This document shows positions 11,357 to 22,667 of a stretch of DNA of 33,000 bases, piece by piece. Origin of the DNA: Dicyema japonicum (taxonomy: Eukaryota; Animalia; Dicyemida); the NCBI GenBank assembly GCA_011109175.1, contig RDEW01000005.1, positions 1,763,657-1,796,656 of the forward strand, given 5' to 3'. Position 1 is the first letter of the stretch, and each line of letters starts with the position of its first letter. Both the position numbers and the translations under genes were made by a program. Under the pieces are notes generated by a model that saw nothing but the letters and a program-made list of their open reading frames with translations, ran no database searches and was not told where the DNA came from.

Positions 11357-11887
11357 TTAAGGAATGTGGGAATAGCAACTCCTAAATGAGGGAATGTTGG
11401 TTCTGTACCCATTTTCACCGTTATACCCGATAATGGGCTTGCAATCGGCCATCATGTATTGATGACCTTTATTTTCGTAAGGGGAATGTCCTTTAATCAC
11501 GTTTATACCGAACCCGATCCATTCATATTGCGATTTCTTAGATACACAGCCGTCTGTCCCACATGGCAAAAGCAGTCGATGGTTTTGCCTTGCATTGAAG
11601 TAATGTCTTCGATACGGTTCTATTATATGATATGAATAAATTACGATTCCGTTGAATTTTAGAGCTTCTCTCACCGACCTCTTCACAAAAAACTCGTCCA
11701 AAAATACATCCAAATTGGGCCTATATGGCGGGATCACATCAATAACCCTTGGCTTTATTTTGAAGCTGTTTGAGGCAGCGTTGTCAATTGCTATACAGTC
11801 AAGAATAAAATTTTTCTCTTTCATACGTTTCGCCTTTTCAGAGATCGAAGGTCTATAGCGATAAATATTCTCCTTAGTGAGTTCCAT
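11357..11887 (-). CDS. SPMAP1: C17orf98/SPMAP1 (DUF4542)-like axoneme-associated protein, about 160 aa, 2 micro-introns
   Basis: EKNFILDCIAI...IPPY and GHQYMMADCKPIIGYNGENGYRTNIPSFR match recalled C17orf98 motifs ([37 protein letters not shown]). Removing 11620-11644 and 11491-11513 restores YLRNRNMNGSGHS (cf. YLNRRNWAGTGHS). Confidence 0.85.
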   Translation of the reverse strand: MELTKENIYRYRPSISEKAKRMKEKNFILDCIAIDNAASNSFKIKPRVIDVIPPYRPNLDVFLDEFFVKRSVREALKFNGIVIYSYHIIEPYRRHYFNARQNHRLLLPCGTDGCVSKKSQYEWIGFGINVIKGHSPYENKGHQYMMADCKPIIGYNGENGYRTNIPSFRSCYSHIP

Positions 11888-13669
11888 TGCCTGAGAGCGA
11901 ACATTTCCATTTTATAGTGATTTATTAAAAAATAGTCATTATTTGGGAATAATGATGAGACTACGTAATGATACGTCACAGATTAAAATTATTGCGAAAA
12001 TCATAAGGTTAATATTATTACCAACATGCATAGAATCATATTAACTACCATCTTCTGATGGGTGGTCCTCCAGGTTTATGCAATTCGAGCACGAATCTTA
12101 TGCGGATCCGACACTTCCTTTGTTCAGAACATCACATCGTCCATGCTCACGAGAAGAAAGAAGATTTCCATCAATCGTGAAGCTAACTTGACATTTCGTG
12201 CAGTAGAGGTACGTCACCACCTCAATTATCCGATTAGTCAACGAATTGGTTAATTTATTTCGAGTTAAATTCTGCCAAATAATATTTTTTGGTTTTATTT
12301 AAACAATCTGATTTCAACGTAATTATGAGTTTTGTTAATTATTAAAATTAACTCAGGATACCGTGATGGATGAGTGCCGGACAAATCATGATAGTTCCGC
12401 ATCCGAATCTCACTGCTGTACATTCTGGCTGAAGGTTCCATGCGTCTTACGATTCCTTGAGTTTGATGAGTGAAGCTGTAATCGAATACTTCAATGCGCA
12501 ACAGGATCATCTAAAAAGACTCACACGCAACAAAAGAAGTTAAGAAGATTCCTTGGTCCCTGCCTGATTTGAGCTATAGGTACTATGGTTCTCGCGAAAA
12601 GTTCCGTGGTTGTAACCCGGATACACAGAGAGGAAGTTCTTCCAAGCACACAAGTTCATCTAAAACGAAGTGTTGGAACCTCTTAAAGGAATGACCCAAT
12701 TGAGTGATAGATAAAATTATCCTTTTCATGCTGTCCAGGTAGTTGAGGTCTTGACGGATTATATAACTCACGTTAATGGAGGAAAGTCGATAAGAAATAG
12801 ATCAAAGGAAAGAATCTTTCGATATACAATGGAGGGAATCATTTCCATAGACATGATTTTCTAGCACTCTACGCTAGGGAAACGTTTCCGATTTTTAACA
12901 TATCACATAAAAATGAAACATTTTGTACTTCTGCTTCCTCTTAGTCTGCAAATGCAAGTAGTTTACTCAATGGCTGTATAATATGCATCTTAGCTAAACA
13001 AGTGGAAAAAGTATTTTACCAAAAAATCACTGACACATTTTTCTCACATTGCGATCATATTTAGAATAAGTTAACATCATTTAGGAATAATATTGCTTTA
13101 AATTACAGACACCAACCCATAGTTAGTTATTATCCAGACCTCCCTACCTTGTAGGAGGTCGACTGTTTCAGGACTTTGTGTAATAAGGGAAAAGCTTAAT
13201 AAAAATAAGTAATAAAAATTATAAGAAATGTGAACGTGTAATTAAGGATGAGTAATTATCCTCAACACTTAGAGACGTCCACGAGTAACAATGGTCTCGA
13301 CAACTATCGTTGTCTAATATCTCTTAGCAGTTGGAACACGAAATGTGATCTACAAGCTATCACAAAGTTCAGCCAATTTTTTTAAGAAGAATCAAGGAGA
13401 GTGCTGCTAGAAGGAATAATAGTCTCTGAAAAGCTCATCAACACCAACTTGATTTTGATGAAAATCGATAATTGGAAGGTAGGTGACGAAAACAATTGAC
13501 TCAATCGAATTAGTAGATAAGGCATAAGGATATTAAGTGTAATTGGTGAATATTTTTGATTTATGAGGGCGATAGTATCCTTTAAGATTTCTTTTCTACA
13601 TTCTGTATGTCCTGAACTGCATTATTGGTCTTGGATGAGTAAATTAACGATTAAAGCCGTGAGTACTCT

Positions 13670-13790
13670 GGAGGAACACAAGAAAAACCTCTCGATCCTT
13701 TTGAGGTTTACCGGAACACTTAATTAGTTGGTTTACTCCTTCTTTTTTGATGTTCCCTTCTCGGGGTTATTAAATAAATAAATAATAATT
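13670..13790 (+). mobile_element. Isolated 3' end of the APE-RT LINE family
   Basis: ccggaacacttaattagttgg...tgttcccttctcggggttattaaataaataaataataa is homologous to the reverse complements of 16110-16180 and 9475-9545. Confidence 0.7.
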
Positions 13791-14112
13791 GCCGCTTTCA
13801 GTCTTCCTCATGCCAGAACTTGGTCTTTACTCGACATCGACACCATCTATCTTGTGTGATAAGGAGATTGCGGCTTTTTCAACACTTTAAGTGAGCAATG
13901 CCACCACGTAGACGAGTCGTGTGGCATTTTAGCAGTTTAATAATCGGTCTTGATGGATTAACTTTGCAGTCTTGTTTTCAATATGTTGAGACATCAAAAT
14001 CAATTAAAAATAATTAAAATGTGATTATTATTAAAAATATCTAATTAATTTTAAATGATAGGATCGTAGTTATTGATTAATCAACGAAGTGACGTTAATA
14101 TTTAAATTTTAG

Positions 14113-15180
14113 ATGTTCGAATTCCTAACCGAAGGTTTTCTGAGAATGAGGGAGAATTTTTCAAGGGACTACAAGTGCAAAGTGCAAAGCAAATCCACTG
14201 ATTTTGAATTTCAAGGGGAAGTTGTCTATGCTTTAATTTTCCTAGTAATCTGCCCTCTTTCCACCCTCAGAGAACTCGGTACGCCAACTTTTACTATTTG
14301 CAGAGTCTTTGGGTGTAGAATACCCCATTTGTTTTAAGATTCACTCAACTGATAAGCCAGAAAAGTTCACTCACTGCGGAGTCATGGAATTCACGTCCCC
14401 CGAGGGAGTTGTATTTCTTCCAAGAAACGTCCTTCTATCACTTAAAGTCATAGATTCTTGACACTCTTGGAATAAAGCCGGGTTCCATAATAACTCTGTC
14501 ATCTTGTCGACTTAGTTATGGAAGTCACGTACAACTACAGCCGCAAGATCCGGCATTTTTATCACTCTCTAACCCCAAAGCTGTGTACGTGATGCCTTTT
14601 CAATTTAGACTGGAGAAAACACTGATTAACTACCTTTTTCTGACTGTAAACGACACTATTCGAATCATGCACAACAAAAAGGCATTTGTTATCAAAATAA
14701 CTGAAACTAAACCTCGGAATGCTATTCAGATTCTCGAACAGGAAGTATCCGTGGATTTGATGGACCCCCCAGGCTACAAGGAGATGCTCCAGAACAATGC
14801 CGAGAAGGATGAGGCTGAAAGGCTGGCCAGAATGGTAAAATTTGAGCTGATTTTGTAGAACATCCCGATTCGTATTTTGAGGGAGTTCCAGGTAAGATTG
14901 ACTACTTATTTAAGCCCTATGTTGGAAATGGTAAGAGAATCGACGGAAAAGCTCAAAAAAATCAAGTCAGCATTAAAAATTTTGTTTCAACGGCTGAATT
15001 CAGGTAATAGTGTCGGTGATTGGTCTAGGAGTCTTCCGGATAATAACTACGTCGTTGGGAGATTAAAGTTTTTCAGAGAATTTGCTGATAAGGAAGAGTC
15101 AATGGACGTTGAGGAAACGGTTGATATGGTAGTCTCAATCTTAGAATGAGTTTCCTGGTAAACCATATAGTTTGCTTTAG
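14113..15180 (+). CDS. UFD1: Ubiquitin fusion degradation protein 1 (Cdc48/p97 cofactor)
   Basis: Spliced product contains YPICFKI, THCGVMEF, QLQPQ, NPKAVLE, ETKP, PPGYKE and SHP-like boxes (FQPYVGNGKRIDGK, FPGKPYSL). Introns 14279-14303, 14429-14453, 14585-14608, 14835-14858, 14892-14914, 15004-15028, 15120-15144. Candidate first intron 14221-14245 has a phase problem. Confidence 0.92.
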
Positions 15181-16109
15181 TTGTGTATTCCTTATTTAAT
15201 ACTTTTTTCTATTCTACAAACGGGCTCAATTATTTGACTAACATTGTAGACTATTATGAGATCATTTGGGTTTGTAGGTAGTAGCCTTAAATATTATAAT
15301 TTTGTGATTCTAATTATTTTAGTTTTGCGACCTCAAATATCAGGGTTAATGGGGCAGATTGTTGTTGCTTTTTCATTCCGATGAATAGCATACTTAATGT
15401 CTCTTGATATTAACACTATGTCCATTAAAGTGTGGGTTACATCCATCTAGAGGAGATGAAGGATACATGTCCGTCGTCATCATGACTTTCCCCTTAATTA
15501 ATTAGTGCTCATTGAGAAAGGTTGTGAGCAATCTGTGCATAAAGCTAAATTTATTTACGATGACAAAATTGACGGACAGGATTTCACTTGTAATCAAATA
15601 CGAGCTAAATTTTGCTTAAAGTAGGATGAAATCAACAAGCCATGAAACTAAATAGTAAGGTGATATAAGACTGGCTGATGGAGCCACTATATGTCTCTTC
15701 ATTTAATAACTCCCATCACTGAATAAGAATTATCCATTCTTATGGGGTAATAATTGTCCAATAGTTCTTATACAAGCATATTTTGGATGTAATACGTATG
15801 CCAATATAATGGCATGTTTTCTTAATCTATCCAGAAACTCAGCGAACTAGCATCTTTCTTCGCTTTCATGCTATCTCTAAAAGCCGTAGATAAAGAATGG
15901 TAAAATGCTAGTTGTATTTACACAGAGGAACGTCTCCGGATGGCCGAAAGCGAAATAAAAAGTTATGAATTCAATAGTTTTGAGGAGCTGTCTTACTAAT
16001 AACGTTCGAAAATTAATAGGGTTCTAATTAGCGGGCTCCGTACACTGAATTGCATAAAACCGCTATTGTTATCTCTGTGCTGAGTCACAGGAACGTCGGT
16101 TTTCAAATT

Positions 16110-16443
16110 ATTATTATTTATTAACCCCGGATACACCGAGAAAGAAGTTAAAGTAAACAACTAATTAAGTGTATCCAGTTTCCACTTCTACAGAAACAGA
16201 GTCCATCCGGAATCAGCATAAAAGGTAAGACGTCCATTACATGCAGTTGTGAAAACCCCTCCAGTGGAGTGGGGAAGAGCAAATGATCGTTTTTCGTGCC
16301 GGCCTGGCACTGGGCGTCACCTTGACAGGTGGATCACATGACGCCACTCTAATAAGAAGAGAGAGGAGGAACAGACAAGCAAGCAGAAAACTTTGACCAA
16401 TTAACCACGCAGCACCACATGGCGCCACGCGTTACATAATGCT
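16110..16443 (-). mobile_element. Short non-autonomous derivative of the APE-RT LINE (about 334 bp) with TSD
   Basis: Flanked by GGTTTTCAAAT at 16099-16109 and 16444-16454. Empty site in copy B near 26505-26525. Carries the LINE 3' stem-loop and (TAA)n tail. Confidence 0.85.
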
Positions 16444-16759
16444 GGTTTTCAAATAAAATTAACTTTCTAAGCAAATAAAATCAACTTCCTTCGTCCATTC
16501 GAAAGAAAAATAAAACTAAAATCTCCTCCCTTAGTTCCTGCTAAGCATTTAATCTCCAAAGAACAAGAGTGCCATGAAGCTAAGAATTCACGAATTCTCT
16601 TTATTAGATAGAAAAAACTTTTGTATGTTATGAAGAGATACTTTTATGATCTCTCCGGCGTTAGTTACTTTAGAATTAAAAAAATATTAAATTAACATTA
16701 CCTTAAAATCAGAACAATTATCAAAAAATCAAATTATTCCTCAGGACGGTTGGGTGCAT

Positions 16760-16890
16760 AATAAAAGTCGTCAACAATGCGACCACAGCACGACTCAGGC
16801 TTTCGCGAACGGAGAGGGTTTTCACAACGCTTTTAATAATTATCGTACGCACCATTGCCTACAGTCTCTTGAAAGGTTGAAGCCTGATTG
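16760..16890 (+). mobile_element. Old CRE 3' remnant predating the duplication (second copy 28170-28300)
   Basis: Copy B reads DPRERRWFSQRF...IAYSLL, resembling the CRE C-terminus RETEWLFQRISLAVVRGNSHSII. Present in both duplicate copies. Confidence 0.55.
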
Positions 16891-16940
16891 TCAATTAATT
16901 TCCACGTGTTTGTTTCCAAAAAAATATCAATCATTTAAAC

Positions 16941-18707
16941 CAGGGGTTCTCAACCTGGGGTCGATTCGACCCCCAGGGGTCTAAAATTAATCCATATCGA
17001 TCGTAAGGGGGTCGAAAATGAAATATTTGGAAGTCGAAAATAAATTTAATATATTTAATCTTTTTCAATTTAAATTAAGTTAGTTTATTTTTAAAGTGGT
17101 AAACCTTTGTTCTTTAAAATTTTTAAAATTGCCATGCTTGTTTTTGTTTGTGTATGAGTCGTCCTTCTACATTAAAAATTCGTCAATATAAAAATGAATA
17201 TTTGGCATTTGGATTTATAAAAATTTTTTTAAATAGACCATATTGCTTACTGTGTAACAAGTTATCAAATGATGCAATGAAACCGTCCAAATTGTTGGAT
17301 CATCTTAGGAGTAAACATTCGGATAAAAAAGATAAACCATTATAGTATTTTGAAGAATTAAAGGATTCTTTTCGTAAACAAAAAACGATTGACAGTTTTT
17401 ACAAATAGTATTGAAAGAAATAATAGTTGTTGTTATTTTAAATTATATTTAGGATTACTAATTGCATCCTATAAAATTGCAATGATTATTGTTAACAATG
17501 AGAGTTCCCATGTTTATGGTGAAAATCTCATCAAACCATCTATATCAGTGATTCTATCAGATCTGATGGGTTTAAATCCCGACGAAATTTTAAAATCCGT
17601 GACAATTAGCAATGATTCAATTCGCCGCAGGATTGACGAAATGTCAGATAATGTTGAACATATTTTATGTGAATTTTGCTGAGGCTAAAGAAACATATGT
17701 CCGTCTTGTGCTTCACACTGAGGTTATAGTTTCCAATTTTATTTTACAGGTACGAAATGCATTAGAACGCATTAGAACGATTTTCAATATTGTTTGACAC
17801 AATCGTAAATTTTCTTACTTCTGAGGGTGACAAAAATTTAGCAGATTTAATTGTATCGAAAAAGAAAGAAATTGTTTATTTGACTTGGATTTTTGGAAAA
17901 TTTAATGAAGTTTTATTAGAACTTCAGGGAAAGTATGTGACGTTAATAGATCGTAAACGAATTATTAAAATATTTATTAAAAAATTAAGTTATATAAATA
18001 TAACTTGGAAAAAGGAAATTATTATAACATTCCCGAATTCTCATTAACAACTTTTTGCAAATTTATTAAGTATAGAAAAAAGATTTGATTGTTCGATTCA
18101 AGATATTCTTGAATTAGAAGTTCCATCTTGGATGATAATCCGTTTTTGTCAAAGCCAGAAGAACAAAAAAAATATTCAAGAATTCAATCCAGAATTAAAA
18201 ATATATTATAATGATTTACAATCACCTGTTATTTTTTGGCAAAATATGAAAGTGAAAGAGAGTTATTCAAAATTGTGGACAGAAATAGCACAATTGCTAC
18301 TTGATTTTTCGACATCATACTGTGTTGAATGCGGATTTAGCATTCTACATCGAATTGTAAATAAAGAACGAAACAGATTGAAAGTGTCCATTAGAGGAGA
18401 TATTCGTTTAAAAATAACACAAATAGAGCCAGATATCGAATCTTTGGTCAAAAAACATCAGTCACAAGGATCTCATTGGTATTTAATTTTTTTTATTGTA
18501 GATTTATGCTAAGATACCAACTTAACATTGAATATATACTTTTTTTGTTTGATTTGATTATTAACAATGAATTTATTTTAGATAATTAACTAATTTTACT
18601 TAGAATTGTCTGTTCTAAATAAAAAAGTTTTAAGGGGTCGATTAAATAATAGGGGGGTCAAAAAAAAGTCAAGGGGTCGACGAGCAAAAAAAGGTTGAGA
18701 ACCCCTG
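16941..18707 (+). mobile_element. hAT DNA transposon, Buster/Charlie group, internally deleted
   Basis: 16-bp TIR CAGGGGTTCTCAACCT / AGGTTGAGAACCCCTG; 8-bp TSD ATTTAAAC (16933-16940, 18708-18715) with central TA; subterminal GGGGTCGA repeats; empty site at 28351-28358. Confidence 0.96.
17154..18502 (+). pseudogene. Buster-type (ZBED5/SCAND3-like) transposase, disrupted
   Basis: RQYKNEYLAFGF, BED finger CLLC...MKPSKL.DHL..KH, SNDSIRRRIDEM, LHTEVR, STSYCVECGFS, RNRL and HQSQGSH. Has a stop, frameshifts and a large deletion in the catalytic core near 17680. Confidence 0.9.
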
Positions 18708-19480
18708 ATTTAAACGAAATCAATTAAAAACCCGAAACTAATCCAAAAGTAAAAAACTCAGTTATCTAAAATAGTTTGTAACCCTCGGCTTAACTATGAT
18801 AAATGAAATTAATCATTACAAATCCCCTTTAGTAAAGTACGAAAGTTCGATGTTGTGATGACTCTGACATCAGTAATGTTCCAATATAATTGTTTTTGAT
18901 TTTTCTAAATTGTGTTATATAGAAATTTACACTGTAGTTAAAAAACGAACAATTATTCATGTAAACGACTACATTCGACGTGGTAAAAACTTTAACTGGA
19001 AGATATCGAGTGACCCTTTTATTTTGCCAATCCATGACTATTCCAACAATGCCTGATGAACTGAATACATTTAAAAACTGATTAAAATAACGGAAATAAA
19101 ATGTTTTATAATCCAAAAAGCAGTAACACATCTAAAATCTAAGTGAAAAATTCTACATCAGAAATTTTATTTTTATTAAGCAGATTAGCCATGCAAGATA
19201 TTTTATCCTTTTTTTGTCGACCAGATAAGAATAGCATATTTATAATTACTAAATATTGTTCTATAGGTGTCTTTATCGAACCAAATTTGACCTGTAATGA
19301 GATGGAGATAGATTTTCATAGAATACGCACATGGACGATCTAAAATAAAATAATTTTTTAACCCACGAGAATATTTAGCAATCATATTTCCATGTTTAAA
19401 TAAAACTAGTAATGGAAAAAATTTGAAATCCACATTTTTTTTATAAATTCATCATTTGCTTTCGCATTCATAATAGTAAA

Positions 19481-22479
19481 AAAAAAAAAAAAAAAAATTC
19501 AAAACGTGGTGTGTGGTGGTGTGGTGTAATTGAGAAAAGAAGAAGTAACCAGAAGCGATATGCACAAGATCGACAAAAGAGAAGAGCTTTGTGAATTTTG
19601 CAATAAAATTAACAAAAGAAAGCGGCTGATATGTTGTGTCGTTTGTTCGTCGTTTTTTCACATGTCATGTGTTGGAATGACCAAAAAAGCCCTTACCACC
19701 ATTACCAACTGGTGTTGCCAGGCATGCCTCCTTCCTGGGACGAAAGCACCATCGACTCCACCTAATTCACCTGAACGAATACCAATAGATTACCAGAAAA
19801 CCCTTGAATCAATTGCAAACCTGGCATCTACACGAAGGATCATGATCAAAATTCCAAAAGCAGCCCGTGTTCCTGCCGCCGACTGTTTACACGATTGTAT
19901 TGAAAGGGCAATTTCTTCGACTGACCCAGTGATTGGACACGATTATTCTACTTTGCACCATACACGCTATGTATGCCCTGTCAGAAGAGGAAAGATCAGG
20001 AATCGCTCACGTCTATTGTAAAGGAAAATATTTGCTTGTTTTCTTCTGGAAATTTGTTCAGTGACTCCCGAGAATATACCTTCAAGCCCTCAAACCACGA
20101 GAACCATGCCTCAGAAACACAAAGATTGAGAAGAGCGATACATCGCAAACTATCTGAAGGTGGAGTCCGGGCCGCCGTGAGGACTCTAGAAGAGCATAAC
20201 CGTCTAATTGAGCCAACTGAACACTCCTACGATGCACTGGTTGAACGACATCCTGGTCCGCCAGTGGACGACAGATCCCTACTTGCTCTGGAGAATTACC
20301 TAGTCTGATTATTTCTGAGGGGGACGTGAAAGATGCGATCCTCTCATTCGCCCCAAGCAGCAGTGGCGGACGACGGACTCCGTCCAGGACACCTAAAAGA
20401 CTTAATTGATCAGAATACGGGGAACTCTGGTGTTCGGCTATTATCGGCTATAACGAGGTTAATCAACAGAATGCTTTCCGGAAGATTACCAGAAGCAATC
20501 CGTCATATTATGTTTTCCGCCAAGTTAATTGCCTTTGATAAATGTGGAGGAGGAATTCGTCCTATTGCTGTTGGGTTTGTTTTTCGTCGACTGGCTTCTA
20601 AACTTGCTAGCAGAGCAATCCTTCCGATGCTTGTCAAACAACTGCGACCAACCCAAGTAGGGGTCGGTACTCCTGGTGGATGTGAGGCGGCGGTTCATGC
20701 CGTTCGGATGTTTACTGGAAACAGAACGAACATGCCTTGTGTGGTCCTCAAGATTGACATAAAAAACGCCTTCAATACCATACGGCGCGATGTAATTTTG
20801 GAAGATTGTCTTACCCATTACCCGTCTATATATAATTATGTTCATTGTTCGTATGGAAAACCGTCCAGTCTTGTACATGGGAAATACTTCATTCCCTCGT
20901 CGTGTGGGGTTCACAAGGAGACCCACTAGGACCGGCATTGTTCTGCCTCGGTGTCGACCGTGTCATGAGATGCCTTACTACTCCGCTGAACGTGTGGTAT
21001 TTGGATGATTGCACCCTGGGAGGTCATCCTAACAATGTATATGACTGTCTACAGAGATTACTAACAATTGGATACGCTTGGTTTAAAGCTAAACGCATCC
21101 AAATGCGAAATTGTTAATTATGGATTCTCCCGATATGAATGGAATCGGATCCTATTAATGTTTCGGGGGATTATTCCTAAAATATCGGAAATCGAGCCGG
21201 ATCATTTGGAAATACTTGGATGCCCTCTGGCTGAAACTGGAATTAACGACACTCTGTTGGCTAAAGAACAGCAACTAAGAAAAACTTTTTTACGCCTTGG
21301 GATGCTGGATGCACATACCTCTCTTTTTCTCATGAAAAACGCTTTATCCACGCAGAAATTAAATTACGTCCTTCGAGGGCTCCATGTTACCTGAAAATGC
21401 AACAACTCGGGGCGATTGACTCCCTATTCCGGTCTACGACCGAACGTATTACTAATGTCGAATTCGACGAACAAGGATGGGAACAAGCAACCTTGCCCGT
21501 TCGCTTTGGTGGACTCGGAATTCTCTCACCATCTGATTTGGCACACCCGGCATATCAATCCTCATTGGACTCCAATCAGAATTTGATCATGATGATTCTC
21601 CAGCTCCCATCAGAGTCGTCAAAGATCGAAGATTTGGTACACCCTAAAGTCAAACAACTCGGGCAGAGAGACCTTTATGAGTCTGTTTGCGAGGATAAAT
21701 ACGAGAGGCTTTTGAAAATATCTAACCAACACCGACGAGCCTGTCTTTTAACTGCAAGATGCGAGTGGAGCGGGGCTTGGATCAATGCCCTACCATTGGA
21801 AACGTGGGAACTCACCTAGACGATGAAACGGTCCGCACCGGAGTCTCCATCAGACTTGGATTGAAAGTTTGTCAACCCCATGAGTGCCGATGCGGCCGGA
21901 AGGTCGACTGCTATGGACATCATGCCCTTTCTTGTCGAAAAAGCGCAGGTCGATTCGCTAGACACAAGGCTATAAATGAAGTGGTGAAGCGCGCCCTCGA
22001 GTTGGCGGGATACCCATCCATTCTAGAGCCAACGGGCTTGAGTAGGGATGATGGGAAGCGACCCGATGGAATTACTGTCTTCCCCTTCTCTCGGGGCAAA
22101 TGCTTAATTTGGGATGCTGCCTGTACTGACAGCTTTTCCCAGTCGAAACTTTTGAGGTCGGCAATGAAAGCGGGAGAGGCCGCCCGTTTATATGAAAACT
22201 CAAAAATAAAGAAATACAGCAGCCTCCTAAACCGTTTCCATGTACAGCCAGTGGTCGTCGAGACGAGCGGAGTCTTTGGCCCCAAGACGGTCTCTTTCCT
22301 TAGAGCACTTGGGTGTCTATTGACCAAAGCCTCGAGGGAGCGTCGGGAAACCGAGTGGCTTTTCCAAAGGATATCCCTGGCAGTAGTCAGAGGTAACAGC
22401 CACTCGATCATATCCGCTGGACTTTAGAACGATTTTATTGTTATAAATAAATTTCTTGATTTAAAAAAAAAAAAAAAAA
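19481..22479 (+). mobile_element. Near full-length CRE-clade non-LTR retrotransposon (PHD finger - RT - CCHC - RLE endonuclease)
   Basis: PHD CEFC...CVVCSSFFHMSC...WCCQAC; RT GGIRPIAVG, DIKNAFN, QGDPLGP, WYLDD; CRCG...HALSC; RH...RPDG...WD...K..KY. Poly(A) tail; TSD AATAGTAAA (19472-19480, 22480-22488); empty site near 29112-29120. Confidence 0.95.
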
Positions 22480-22667
22480 AATAGTAAACTTCAAATTTTG
22501 TTTTGGAAATTGATTAGAAACATGGAAAAAGATTAAACGTTGAAGATAATGGTTTTTGGTAATTTTAAAAATACTGTAAGTATTTTATAAGCAAATAAAT
22601 ACTTATTTTCAACGAAATACCACTCGATTGTTTAGTTTCACGTTTAAAATTTTTAACATTTAGACGT

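Noticed and set aside
12040-12900. Short ORFs; HQTQGIVRRM loosely resembles an integrase PQxxGxVER motif
   Set aside because: Single weak motif with no supporting D,D(35)E context, LTRs or consistent splice model.
13290-13480. Possible RT remnant (NYR..ISL...VIYKL)
   Set aside because: Too degraded to delimit or assign to a family.
21920-22411. Antisense ORFs over retroelements (also 20525-20938, 30137-30565, 22660-22965)
   Set aside because: Shadow frames of recognisable opposite-strand coding sequence, with no motifs of their own.
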